A DNA stretch of 64,000 nt from Octopus vulgaris (GCA_951406725.2 OX597837.1:1302001-1366000), one strand, 5' to 3'. Positions 25,946 to 39,959 are shown, counted from the first letter of the stretch. Numbers and translations are program-made. Notes: a model not told the origin generated them from the letters alone.

Positions 25946-26822
25946 CTAACATAGAAGAACCCGATTGACAAATACAGAAGATAAGGTGATAAAATGAGGG
26001 AGAGAGAGACCGTGTGTGTGTGAAGAGAAAGCGAGAAAGGGAAAGTGTAACAGGAGAGAGAGGAAGGAAGAGAGAGGGGCAGTATTGAAGAAAGAGAGGA
26101 TGATAAAGACTTCGAGTGACGGAGGACTACAGAGAGAGAGAGAGAGAGGAAGAGAGAGACAGACTGACAGACATTGACAGACAGACTGACACACTGACAG
26201 ACAGAGAGGAGAAGAGAGAGAGACAGACAGACATGCAGAAATGGACGCCAGGGACGGTGGCAGATGACATGCAAAGGGGATCAAATCAACCAGAAGACGA
26301 CGGAACCGGCAAAATGGCTGCTGCCCTCCTCCCCGTCTCTCCCTCTTATTTCTCCACATTGCTTCCAGCTAACTCACGTTCCACTCTTTGCCCTGATTTC
26401 AATAAACGACCTTCCCCGTCTACGCTCTCCCCCTCCTCCTCTCTCTCTCTTATTTGCTCAGATCTCACAAGCGTCGTATCGCAGTTCTTTCCCTTGCCTT
26501 CTCAACCTCTTTTGTGTATGTTTTGCGTCTCAACGTCATTTTATATCTGTCCGTCTCATGTGAAGCTTGTGTACACAGGAAAATAATTGTTTCTACGCTG
26601 CCAGTGTACATATGCATGCGTGCATATATTAGACATTTACATATGTATGTACGTACGTATGTGTGCACTTATATAAACGAGCACTCTGTAGGTATATACA
26701 TACGTATATGCATAAATTGTGTAATTGCACCTGTGTATGTCGTGTTCTTATATGTGTATGTATATGCGCGTATATGTATAAATGTATAGTTGTATGTATA
26801 TCTGTAGATGTATGTGTATGTG

Positions 26823-26856
<34 letters not shown>

Positions 26857-27634
26857 ACTATATCGTGCATGTGTATATGTATATACATGAGCATATATAC
26901 ATATGAACATACATACATGGATACAATATATATAATATATGCGTAAAGATATATATGTAAATACATATTCGCAAATAAATACACGCACACTCACTTATAT
27001 ACTTACACACACACGTGTACACACAGACTTACACACAGACACACACGCACCTCTACGTCATGAAAGCGCTGCACTCCATCACTTCAATATCTCATCTCTA
27101 AGCTCCCATTGTATGAAGGAATGTTACTCATCCAGTGTGGAATGTCGCTTGATTTTCTCGCTTCGTCTCTCTTCACACCTTCCCATCCTGCCCGTTCCTC
27201 CTCCTCCTCCAACCCTCCCACCCTTAACTCACACATTCTCTCATAAATATGCACACACTCGCCACACATACACACACACATATATATATGTATGTATGTA
27301 TATATGTATGTAATGCCCTTAGAGTTGTAAGCCATGCGCGACACAACAGCACCAACAGATCCTCAACTGACGCGCCACCAATCAGCCATCGCCCAACCAA
27401 CTGAACAACCCAGCTCTCCCCACCTGCCCTCCTTTCCTCCGTTGTCTAACTCCCCCAGCCCCACTCTCTTTCTTCCCCCACCCATGCTCATTCCCCCCCC
27501 TTCCTGACACCGCTTCCGCAACTGTCACCATTTGCAAGCTCATGCATCGTTTTCGGAGACTTGGCTTTCTCATCCTCTAACCCTTCCTCCAACTGTTGTA
27601 AACTTCGTCATTTCCTCCTCGTCCCCCTCCTCTG

Positions 27635-27677
<43 letters not shown>

Positions 27678-28138
27678 GTTGTCGTCGTCGTCGTCCTCTT
27701 CCTTTTTTTCCATCGCCACCGACCCTACCCCTTCCTTGTTCGACATTTAAACTCACATAAAAAAAAAAACGACTTGACCTCAACCCCCATCGCTCCTGGA
27801 ACCACAACACCGACGTATTCGTCATCGCTGGCAATCACCATGAGCAATGCTAACAACAACAGTCAAATACCCTTTAAAATGCATTTTACTGTTTTAAAAA
27901 TGAAGGAAAACATTGGACACTGTAGTTCCAGCCGTAAAAAGAGAAGGCAGCATGGTGTCCGTCTGCCATTTGCTTGGTCATATTATATATATAAGCTCTC
28001 AGATGGCCAACGTTCTATGTATTTATATATGTATGTGTGAAGGACTTGCTAAGTTTATTTTGAGGAAAACTATCCGTTATCCTTATATTGAAAGTCTCAC
28101 TCGTCTCTATGTCACCGATGTTTATCCGGGGGACAATG

Positions 28139-28365
28139 TGGAGGCGCTTGGCTTAGTGATTAGGGTATTGGACTCACGACGGTAAGACTGTGGTTTCAAT
28201 CACGACCGTAAGACTCTGGCTATCCGTTGTGTTCTTGAGCCAAACACTTCATTTCAAGTTGCTGCAGTCCACTCAGCTGTAGAAATGAGTTTAGCCTGGA
28301 GGGGGACGGACTTCGCCATAGATACGCTGCATGGCTGCAGCTCCCCAACGACCCAAAAGGGCTTA
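28139..28365 (+). mobile_element. SINE family B (short-tail subfamily)
   Basis: GGAGGCGCTTGGCTTAGTGATTAGGGTATTGGACTCACGA...CAGTCCACTCAGCTG...GCCTGGAGGGG; matches 22678-22912. Confidence 0.88.
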
Positions 28366-28409
28366 CGGGATTGGTCAATTGTCAATGTGGTCCTAGATAT
28401 TCCTAAAAG

Positions 28410-28640
28410 TGAAAGCATATAATTTTCTGGTTTGAATGTTGCACTCATGATCACAAGATCGTGGTTTCGAATCGCAAACAAGGTGATGCATTGTTTTCTT
28501 GGGCAAGCACATCATTTCTCTTTAGTTGAGTTCACTCGGCTGTAAACTAGGTAACAACTCTGCAACAGACTGGTCCCTCATGCAGGAGAAAAGGGTATGT
28601 TGTGATCTCGGCCATTTATACACTAAACGAAACCGAGTCT
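28410..28640 (+). mobile_element. SINE family B, old copy
   Basis: CACTCATGATCACAAGATCGTGGTTTCGAATC...CTTGGGCAAGCAC...TTCACTCGGCTG. Confidence 0.6.
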
Positions 28641-28883
28641 GGGTACTCGACACAGAAGTTCACCTTCCTTACATGCCTCTGAAAAGTTGGGAGGGTCGTG
28701 GCTAAAACGCCTTTAATCATAAGTCTGTGATTAGGATTGGCCTGAGCCTGCTATGCTAGTGCTTCTGATGGTCAAGGCTGACCATATTTCTACATCTGTT
28801 GGGCAAGCATGGGTAAAATCTTTTGAGAAAGACAACTAGTCAGCCATACATTCCAGTTTTTCTCATTTCCACACCATACATAA

Positions 28884-29200
28884 CTGGTACTCCGTCGGTT
28901 ACGACCATGACGGTTTTGGGTGATCCGATCAACGCAGCAGCCAGCGCGTGAAATTAATGTGCAAGTGGCTGAACTCCACAGACACACGCACCCTTAATGT
29001 AGTTCTCAGAAGGATTCAGCGTGACACAGAATGTGACAAGGCTGGCCCTTTTGATATACAAGTACCGCTCATTTTTGCTGACTGAATAGACTGAGGCGAT
29101 GTGAAATAAAGTATCTTGCTCAAGGACACAACTCACCACCGGGAATCGCACTCATTACCTTACGGTCGTGAGCCGGATGCCGTAACCACTAAGCCACCTG
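28884..29200 (-). mobile_element. SINE family B (long-tail subfamily)
   Basis: CTGGTACTCCGTCGGTTACGACC...GATCCGATCAACG...CTTGCTCAAGGACAC...TAACCACTAAGCCAC. Confidence 0.9.
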
Positions 29201-29299
29201 CCTTTACTCTCTATACCACAGAAATTTATGAAAGGGAAACGCCTCAGGCTCTGGCTATTATTACATATTACTAGTGTCGCAGCAGGCATTGCTGTTAAA

Positions 29300-29466
29300 A
29301 CATAGAAAGACAAAAGATATTGCAAGGCATCTTACCCGAGCTCCCTACAAATCCGCTGATCCACCCCCACCTCCAGGAGGCATGTTTGAAGAGCCCCGAA
29401 TGGATGAAAAGTAATACTGAATCCGGTGGGATTTGAGCTCAAAATGCAAAGGTAACGATTCTGCCA
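29300..29466 (-). mobile_element. SINE family C, degenerate fragments
   Basis: CCCCGAATGGATGAAAAG...GGGATTTGAGCTCAAAA...TAACGATTCTGCCA. Confidence 0.55.
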
Positions 29467-30263
29467 ATATCAGCAGCACCAACAGAATTATCACGTGACC
29501 AATAACATCATCACATAACCAAGAACCAGCATTAACATCACAAGCTCCATCACCACCAGCATAATTCAAACAATCGCCACAACTGCCACCCCACCCCACC
29601 CCACCCTTAACCCACCCCCACCATATTCATCACACGCAAGCACAAACACATATACCCACACCTTCACCACCGTCAACACCGCTAATTACATTGCTATTTC
29701 TACAGCCAATCAAAATCAAACTGGAGAGCCACGAGTAGAGAGCTTCTCTGGTCATCATACATCAGTGCAACACAACTGACCGGGACTAAAGAGAAACAGC
29801 AAGAATAAAAAAACAAAGGTGTTTTTGACATCACCCTGTCCACCCACACCCTCATACCCTTTTAGCAGCTACCCAAGATTAGAACTGTTGGTCCACACCT
29901 CTAAGCCACAATCATACTCTCCTACACAGCTTCCTTGCATGATGCTAGACTGTCTGTCGGTCGGTCCGTCCGTCTTTCTATCTGTCTGCTTATTTATATC
30001 TTTCAGCTTATCTGTTTATCTGTCTGTGTGTCTGTCTGCCTCTCTGCTTATTTATCTATCATTTTTTTTTCACACGATCCCTTTTGATCAGAAATTTATT
30101 TTCTCCTTTTATTTTCTGTTTTCTTCCATTTCTTTCGTAAAGAAAAGCTCTTCATTGTATTTTGTCCCCTCTGTCTTGACACTGTGTGGCTAATAAAGAA
30201 AGTTATCTACCTGCCTATGTATGTATGTATGTATGTATGTATGTATGTATGTATGTATGTATG

Positions 30264-30327
<64 letters not shown>

Positions 30328-30815
30328 AATCAATCTGTCTATCATTCAATCAATCTATCAATCTGTCTGTCTGTCTGTCTATCTGCCTGAGTGCGCAAAC
30401 ACACATCCTTAACCACTCAAGAATTTGTGTGTGCATGCGTATATTATGTCGTTTTTGAAAAAGGAATTCGAATTCGAAAATAATAATAACAATAATAATA
30501 GTAATAATAATAATAATGTAAATGATGAAATAAGAAAAAAAATCCCTCTTGGATGGTAAAAGTAGAATGCTGCCCGCGAGACTTGTTCCACTTTTATCCA
30601 TTCAAAGATTTTTTTTTAACCCAATATTTACTCTCCATTTATTAATAAATTTATCTGCTTCGAGTTTCAACGTGGAAAACAATTTCAGGTCACCCGTTGT
30701 TTCTAAATTTTTATGTTGTAAGCAATGTGTGTGTTTGCGCGTGTGTGTGTGTGTGTGTGTGTTGTGTATGTGTGTGTGTGTTTGTGTGTGTGTGTTTGTG
30801 TGTGTGTGCGCGCGC

Positions 30816-30899
<84 letters not shown>

Positions 30900-30919
30900 G
30901 TATGGATAATGCTTAGCAT

Positions 30920-31113
30920 AGTTACAAGGCATGAATTGAATAGGGGAAGAGTGTTAGTCGACAATGTCAGCATCAGCATGCGGCTGCTTCCCTGTTTAAT
31001 CGACCCTGGATTGATGAAAGGCAGCGTTGATCTCAGCGGGATTTGAACTCGGAACGTTAAGAGCCGGAAGAAATACAGTCCGGCATTTCATCCAATGTTT
31101 TTACGATTCTGCC
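30920..31113 (-). mobile_element. SINE family C, degenerate
   Basis: ATCGACCCTGGATTGATGAAAGGCAGCGTTGATCTCAGCGGGATTTGAACTCGGAACG...ACGATTCTGCCA. Confidence 0.75.
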
Positions 31114-31123
31114 AATCCAACAA

Positions 31124-31395
<272 letters not shown>

Positions 31396-31796
31396 TTTCA
31401 TCTGTCTATCTATCTATCTGCCTATATATATATATATATAATGTATATAACGATCTACATATTTATGAATCTCTCTTTTCATCCACCTATCCTATCAATC
31501 TAAGTATTTATATCTGCCCATAACCGTCTCTCTCTGTCTCTCCCTTCCTGCATACGTATCTATCCTTCCTCCACTTCTCGTCCCCCTCCACCATCAGTTA
31601 AACATTAAGATTTAAGCCAACAACATGGCTTCCAATCCCCCTGTTGTTTGTTTTATGATTTTGTGACATTCCTCTATAACTGCACCGACTTAATATCCAC
31701 ATGTGCGCGATCATACACACACACACACTTACATACAGATGTATATGCATATATACATACACACACATTGCTGTGCATGTGTGACTGTTGCTGCGA

Positions 31797-31825
31797 GTGG
31801 GTCTCAGAGGTGCGCTTAACTGTGA
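31797..31825 (+). repeat. 29-bp exact dispersed repeat, copy 1 (GTG-GGTCTCAGAGGTGCGCTTAACT-GTG-A)
   Basis: Identical to 41125-41153; not part of any SINE family seen here. Confidence 0.95.
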
Positions 31826-32071
31826 AATACATCTCGATGACAACGGCGATGACGTCAACGAGAGTGACTTAAGACCATCATCTCCCACCACTACTACGCC
31901 TGTACCTCTCCCTCATCATCTCGCCATTGTCGTGCCCCTCCCCCTCCTCCTCCTCCTTCTCCTCTCCCGCCTCCCGTGTTTGGGAATTAAGTGTCAGGGG
32001 TGAGAGGTCAATGTCTGTTAGATTACATTGTTACAAGTTATTTTTCCTGCTAGTTACTTAAACACACGCAT

Positions 32072-32152
<81 letters not shown>

Positions 32153-32648
32153 GAGTATATATTTACACGTGCACACACAAAGTTCGTGCACGTACACGCG
32201 CGCATACACGGGCTTACAAACATAAATATGCGAAACACACACGCACTTACATCGACTTGATGCGAATATACATATACACACACATACATATACATATGTG
32301 TGTTTGTATATTCATCTAGCCTATGTCTAGGGCTATATGTTTATGCATATCCATATGTGTATATATATATGTGTGTGTGTGCGCGCGCGTGCATATATGT
32401 ATGTATATATATATATATATATCTACTTACACACATTCACATATTTAGACAATGCATAAAGCTCACATACGTATACACACACACACATATATATATATAT
32501 ATGCATATCTGTATGTGCCTGTGTACACATGCACACAAACACATGCACACCCGCCCACACGCACATGCTTATGTATACATATCGACACAAGATGTAGTTG
32601 TGTGCACGCATACGTATGAGTATATTTCGTGCATATTCATATAGACAC

Positions 32649-32684
<36 letters not shown>

Positions 32685-33081
32685 GTTCATATGTGTATAT
32701 ATATATATATTCACATACATACGTGAAACCATAAGCTTATAGAGACACAGAAGTGAAGAGTCATATACATACATACATACAGAAACCCGTCATACTCTGG
32801 AATCTGACGTACACACGTCAATCTTCGCATGTATATATACACGCACATGCGTACATGTACAAGTAGGCATATACATATCCCCACACTGGAGCATAATCTT
32901 ACACATAATTATCTCTCTTTTTTCCCAAATACACACACGGATAATTTTCGCTGCAGCACTCGTATCATTCAGTGCACATACAACACGCTCACACATGCAC
33001 AGAAACAGATGCAGTGCTCTAACAACATTACGGTCAAAGGGACCACCAACACACACACACACACACACACGTACACACACG

Positions 33082-33112
<31 letters not shown>

Positions 33113-33205
33113 TTTCAGTCCTTTTCCTCATGAATTTTAAATATACACCGATAAAGATATCTGTGTAGAAATCTCTCTTTCTTCTCCACTTTCTCTCTGT
33201 CTCTG

Positions 33206-33297
<92 letters not shown>

Positions 33298-33329
33298 TAT
33301 ATATATAGTGTTATTCTTTTATACAGTTA

Positions 33330-33516
33330 TTCCTTTACTTGTAGCCACACTACTTTAATGTTTTAAAAGCCTGGTATTTATTCAGTTGGTCTCTTTTGCC
33401 GAGCCACTAGGTAAAATTTCAGCAAAGAAGTAACAGTAAATGTACCACCACTGGTTGTCAAGTAGTGGTGAATGACACACACACACACACCCACCTGCGC
33501 CTATTGTATATATACA

Positions 33517-33554
<38 letters not shown>

Positions 33555-33735
33555 TATATATATATATTATATATATGCATATATACAATGTATGTGCCTG
33601 TCTTTGTGTGTTTGTCCCCCACCACCGCTTGACAACCGGTGTTCGTGTGTTTACGCTCCTGTGAGTAGTTCGGCAAAAAAAGTGACCTATAGAATAAGTA
33701 CAGTGAAAATGACTGAAACAAATAAAAGAATAAAA
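33330..33735. mobile_element. Two family A SINE 3' halves in inverted orientation around an (AT)n tract
   Basis: 33330-33480 minus (GGTCTCTTTTGCCGAG...GGTTGTCAAG); 33595-33735 plus (CTTGACAACCGG...TTCGGCAAAA...GACTGAAAC). Confidence 0.75.
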
Positions 33736-34464
33736 GAAAAGAATATCTAATATGGAGTTGATTTGGCCAACGAATGGAACTCCCGATGCTGGCTAAACAT
33801 CGCAAAGCAATTTCATCCTAGCTATCGATTGTTTCCTCTATGGCTTACCATATAAATATCAAGAAGAATATTAATAAAGTTTGGTAGTAATTGCTATTTA
33901 AGAGGAATCCCAATTCAATAGAGCGCTTATTGAGTTTTCCTTTCCGCTGCTACCTTAGCTACAAACAGTTACCGTCTTCAAAATATGTAGATTCTCTTTA
34001 AATACCCACAATATGGAGATTAAATTAATCTGAAACAGATTTCTGAAGCTATTCTATACAAATATCTGTCTACCAATAATGGTTCCATAATGAGAAAAAG
34101 AAAACAAAAGTAATTAAAGAAATAAAAAAATATTCAGAATTACCAGCAAAATGGTTGTACTTCAAAAATTGCAGAGCTGTTTATGCGTTCAGGTTGTTTA
34201 AAGCTATATCTGGAGTCACAAGTACGCATACTTTAGACTATAAAGAGGTTATAAATCGTAGCCAATCTGTATTCATTGCGGCAGCGCTACATGTCTACGT
34301 GTGTGTGTGGACTTAGCTACCTTTGTGTAAGTGAGTGTGTTTGTGTGTGAGTGGATGCGCATGTACGTGTGTGTGTGTGTCTTTGTGTGAATTTTTATGT
34401 CGTGTGCTAATGGGTGTGCATAAGAAATATAACGCTGTGTTTCTGCGTGTGATTTCATCTGCAT

Positions 34465-34503
<39 letters not shown>

Positions 34504-34593
34504 TGTGTGTGTGTGTGTGTGTGAGTGTGAGAGAAAGATTTATAATTTCATACAGCTCTGTAAGTAAATACATGTACAAGTAGGCATATGTAT

Positions 34594-34652
<59 letters not shown>

Positions 34653-34665
34653 ATATATATATATA

Positions 34666-34732
<67 letters not shown>

Positions 34733-35127
34733 AGTGAAAGAGGGAGAGAACAATTTGCTTTTATGTTATATACATAAAAGAAATATAACATTAACTCGAA
34801 GGTATTAAATTTTACAATTAAAAGTTTGATTGTGACTTCGAAGTTGCGGCTTGCTCACCTGTGTGTGTGCGGCGGGGAGTATATATACTGATCGTAGTGG
34901 ATAGTCGTTAACTGGAATAATATGAATGTGTGCTAGTGTATACATGTGTCTCTGTGTGTATATACGTGTGTGAATGTGTGAGACTGGTATTGTGTATATC
35001 CCTCCTCTGTGTGTGTATGTGTATATATGTTTTTATGTATAAGTATTTGCATGTATGTAGCCATGTACATATGTATGTGAACACATTTATGTATGTATTT
35101 ATGCTTCAGTGTATATAAATGTGTGTG

Positions 35128-35260
35128 TATGTATGTATGTATGTATGTATGTATGTATGTATGTATGTATGTATGTATGTATGTATGTATGTATGTATGT
35201 ATGTATGTATGTATGTATGTATGTATGTATGTATGTATGTATGTATGTATGTATGTATGT
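35128..35260. repeat. (TATG)n microsatellite
   Basis: Seen directly. Confidence 0.97.
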
Positions 35261-36129
35261 GTGTATGTATGTATGCATGCATTACGTATGTGTGTGTGCT
35301 TTTTGAATGTAAGGCTATAATTTTACTCTGCAACCGGTTTAAGAGATTCAGCAATGGCGCTACCCGGGGTAGATATTTGCATATCACGTGTACATGTGTG
35401 TATAGATATATGTGCATGAATGCTACTAAACGCACACACACATTCATATACATAAATGCATATTCATTCATGTGTGTATGTGTGTGTGTATGCGTGCGAA
35501 CATATATACATATGTATGGATATGTGACTATGTGTATATGTGTATGTGTTTATATACGTCTATGTGTGTGTTTATATATATGTTTGTGTGTGTGTGTGTC
35601 TGTGTCTGTCTGTGCGTATGTATGTGGTGCGCGCGCACTAATGCCTAGAGTGAAACAGTCCGGCTTTGCTGCGCTTACGGCTGGAAAATGGTGATGACTG
35701 TGGGATGATGGGAAGGCAAGTGAATGCTGGGAAAGCATATATGGTAATGCAGTAGAAGACTGATTCTAATTGATGGCCAGTTTTGGCAAGCCGTCTCAGA
35801 CTTTATAATTAAGGATGACATATTCATCCTCGTTGTTCCGGCCGAAACAGTCACGAAGATCTGCATACGCAAGTGTACGTGGCCATAGGTGCGTGTGTGT
35901 GTGTTTGAATATGTATGTGCTTGTATTTGTCTAACTTTAGCAATGCGTTTGGGTGTTCATTTCTGTGTGCGAGTGGCTGTGTATCTTTGAACATGTGTCT
36001 ATGAATGTGCGTGAGACTGAGCATTGTATGTGAGTGTGTGTGTGTGTGTGTTTGTTATCAGATCAGTACACATATAGAAAAAGGGAGGATGATAAATGAG
36101 TAGAGCGAGGAAAGTGTTTGCGAGTGTAT

Positions 36130-36512
36130 CTCTTTTAGCCTTTACTTGTTCCAGTCATTAGACTGCGGCCATGCTGGGGCTCCACATTTTTTTAAAGTCT
36201 GGCACTTATTCTATCGTTTCCTTTTGCCGAGCCGCTAGGTTATGGCTGGTTGTCAAGCGGTGATGAGGGGACAAACACAGACACAAAAGACACAGTTATG
36301 TATATATATATACATATATATATATATACGACGGGCTTCTCTCAGTTTCCGTCTCCCAAATCCACTCATAAGTCTCTGGTCGGCTCGAGGCTGTAGTTGA
36401 AGACATTTGCCGAAGGTGCCACGCAGTAGGACTGAACCCAGAACCATGCGTTTGGGAAGCAAGCTTCTTCCTGCACATCCACGCGTTCGTCTAACCATAC
36501 AGCCACGCCTAT
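36130..36512 (-). mobile_element. SINE family A with internal deletions and a duplicated head tip
   Basis: TTTACTTGTTCCAGTCATT...GACGGGCTTCTCTCAGTTTCCGTC...GGACTGAACCCAGAACC...CAGCCACGCC. Confidence 0.88.
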
Positions 36513-36800
36513 CCTTATATATACACCCCCCCCACACACACACACACAAACACACACGCATAGGTGTGAGTGACTCTTATGCAATTTTTCTTGACTTTCT
36601 GTTCCATTTTTTATTTCCAGCCCTTTCTTTTTCCTCTCTCTTCACTTTCAACTCCGTATCCGACGCAGTGCTTTGCCCGAAGCTCTTTCATTTTATAACA
36701 AGTTTCTTCGAGCGTCAAACTAAATAATATTCTCCGTAAACGTCGTTTGAACGTTTGTTGTTTTTCTATTTCAATTGGTCCCTTCCTATTGATTTGCTTA

Positions 36801-36846
<46 letters not shown>

Positions 36847-37107
36847 TAGTAAGAAGAGGAATGTAATATCCAGACAAGCTAATAACTGGGGAAAGTTCTC
36901 CGAACAATGCCATACTTAAATGACCTGAAGAGTTCGTACCAATAATGCAGAAATGGCTGCATATGAATATACAACAGGACGCAGTCGGTGCGATCGAAAC
37001 ACGTGTCGGACTGTTATTATGAATAAAGCAACTGGAAATGAGCATAACATTTGAAAATTCAAATTATTCATTCTCCTTATTATCAATATATATATATATA
37101 CATATAT

Positions 37108-37306
37108 ATCAAAATAAGCAACAGGATATCAAGAAGTGATGCAGTACGACCGTTTCAAGCGTCTCCATTTAACTGAACAATCATTATATCAATTTAAATT
37201 TGATGTGTAAATTGAATTGATGTAATGATTGCATTGTTCAATTAAATGGAGCCGCTTGAAACAGTAGTACTGCATCACTTTTGGATATCCTGTTGCTTAT
37301 TTTGAT
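37108..37306. mobile_element. ~200-bp palindrome (foldback), probably derived from a Penelope-like element terminus
   Basis: ATCAAAATAAGCAACAGGATATC...GATATCCTGTTGCTTATTTTGAT; arms of about 95 bp with few mismatches, centre near 37203. The palindrome is seen directly; the origin is inferred. Confidence 0.7.
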
Positions 37307-38350
37307 TTTATTCACCTTATTTTGAAGTTGTACGGATTATACCGCACTAATTTTTGGTGCTTCACCTGAATCTCAGTTATTTTGCTCTCTCTCTTTCTGT
37401 ATATATATATATATATACATACATACGCGCGCCCTCACACACATATACATGCGTCGTTTATGTGTGTGCATGTTTATTTCGTTTAATATTGCTGGATAGG
37501 TTGCTGCGTGACACATTTCAAGAGTATGGTGAGAAGTGCGAGGTGGGATGCGAGACATCTTCAAAGCAGAGGCCGGAACAAGTCCTTTTAAAAGAGTGAA
37601 TTCTCTTAAAGGCACATACAATGGCAGGTGTTGCTTTTAAACCGTATGAAGAATAAAGTCTAGCAACCAAGTAGGCAGCGGCGTCATTCGAACTCAGAAC
37701 GCAAAGCGGGTCTCAAGTATGGTTAAGAAGTTAGCTATGTAGACTCGTGAATTAAGGTTCAGTCCCAGTATGTGGCACCTGCGGCAAGAGTCTAGCAATT
37801 CCCTGGGAGATACTTTTGTTGACAGAGACTGTGTGGAATCCTGTTGCGTGTGTATAATTATTTGGCAAAAAATAAAGACAACATGAACAATATCGAACAT
37901 TTGAACTATCGATTAATTGTTTGACCAGTGTGTTTAACAAACGAGTTAGAAAAACTAGTAAAAGAAAACGGTTGATCGATAGATTTGTTAGTGGAGTAAG
38001 TAAGCCATTAACTAACAATAACAATAAAGGGCCGAACCAGTGCGTGGGTTTCTTATTACCAACATAATGCCCCTCCCAAGGTTCAGTAGTATATACATAT
38101 GTGTGTGTTTGTGTGCTGTGAATTGATATATCCACGTTAATTGATAACACATAGGTAAATTCGATTACGTAATTACAGTGCAGTAATGCCGTTAGAATAC
38201 ATTTAGGTGTTCATACACAAACGGCTAATACAAGTATTGCGAACAACACATTTAGAATACGATGCACAAAAGCATGAATTTCACATAATTTTCATATGTA
38301 ATTAGATTATGAATTATATTTGAAATTTATGCTTTTCTGCTTTATAACCC

Positions 38351-38445
38351 CATACCACCGACACCATTGGAAGACCCGTAATACTTCGTGTAATCTCATA
38401 CCACCGACACCATTGGAAGACCCGTAATACCTCGTGTAATCTCAT
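38351..38445. repeat. 46-bp tandem duplication (2 copies, 1 mismatch)
   Basis: CATACCACCGACACCATTGGAAGACCCGTAATACYTCGTGTAATCT x2. Confidence 0.95.
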
Positions 38446-39484
38446 GCAGTCTTAGCCAAAATGGAAAGAGATTACCAAGATTTCTTCCAAGTGGAACGCT
38501 TGGAACTTGAGAGTTTTTCACCTGATATCATACATAGTATAGATAACCCACAGATAATAAATATATTTAGTGTAAATGAATCAAGTACAACTTTTTAACA
38601 TAAGCAGTGAATAATTTTATTCTGCGTTTGTATTTACGGAATATAAAAATATAAAGATACGTTTCCACAGTGTAAATGTTTTGGGATAGCAATATAATTT
38701 CGTTCATCTGAAACTATATTGATTTCTATAAACATATATAGCGAAAGTGGGAGAGGTGGAAGGAACTATAAGAGTCACACGTTGAATCTAGTCATCTATA
38801 CCAAAACGGTGCTACTATATACATTTCTTTCAGTTTTAGTATTAAAAGTTTTTCTTTTTTTCTTTCTTTTTGTTTTTGTTTATTTTCCTTTTTTGCTGTA
38901 TATGAACAAAGTCATATTTATCTGACCCGGATCCGGTTTTGTTGAATTTAGCCGGCGAAGGTTATGTAATTTTTCTATATTTAAAACCATGAACGGTTTA
39001 ATGATTTTACACACACACAGTATTTCCTTTTTTCTTAGCTCTTCATGCTTAGATTGAATCTTCACCTTGAAACAAAGAAAACTAAAAGGATTCATTAAAT
39101 ATCGTCTGTTGGTGCCATTAGAATGACATGATGGTGTAACTTGCAAAACTTTCGATCATAGTGTTTCTTCCTCAAGGTTGACCTGGAACTAAATAGGCGC
39201 AACAACAATAACAGCATCAACTACAATCGCAAAATGTTGTCTGATTTTTGTGGGGATTTTTTGTGGGGCACAATTGCGTGTATTGTCTGTTAAGCCAAGA
39301 ATGATGAGACCCAAATAGGTTGAAATTGCGACGCTTCGATCATTCTTACATGCTTTTATCTCTTTCCCGTTGGCTTCTTTCTTTACAGCACCTTCACACT
39401 CATATATACATGCATACAACATGCACACAACATGCATACATACATACACACATATATACATACATACATACATACATACATACA

Positions 39485-39518
<34 letters not shown>

Positions 39519-39908
39519 GAAACATACATACATACATTTGCCTGTGTGTGCACGCGTGCGTAAGACAGAAAAGTGTGTCTATGTTTTGATGTATATGAAT
39601 ATATATATTTAAATATAGTATTGGAGTGTAAATAAGCGAGAGCGAGAGAGTAAGTGTGTGTGAAAGTAAGTGAGAGAGAAAGAGAGAGAATACAGACAGA
39701 GCAGTTGTGTGTGTATATGTCCGTAGTTTGTTGTATTGTATAGCCGGTGCGCGTTTGTTTGTTGTTATTTGTGTGTGTTTTCTAAGTGCGTTCGCGTTTG
39801 ATATGTGTACGTCAGTTCGCGTGTGTATGTCTATATGTGTATGTGTTTGGATCTTAGCCTTAGTGTGTGTGTGTGTGTGTATGTAGGCGAATATGTCCGT
39901 ACATGTTT

Positions 39909-39959
<51 letters not shown>

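Noticed and set aside
36470-36495. Apparent 24-nt foreign insert in a SINE head
   Set aside because: It is a degenerate duplication of the adjacent SINE 5' tip, unrelated to the 29-mer.
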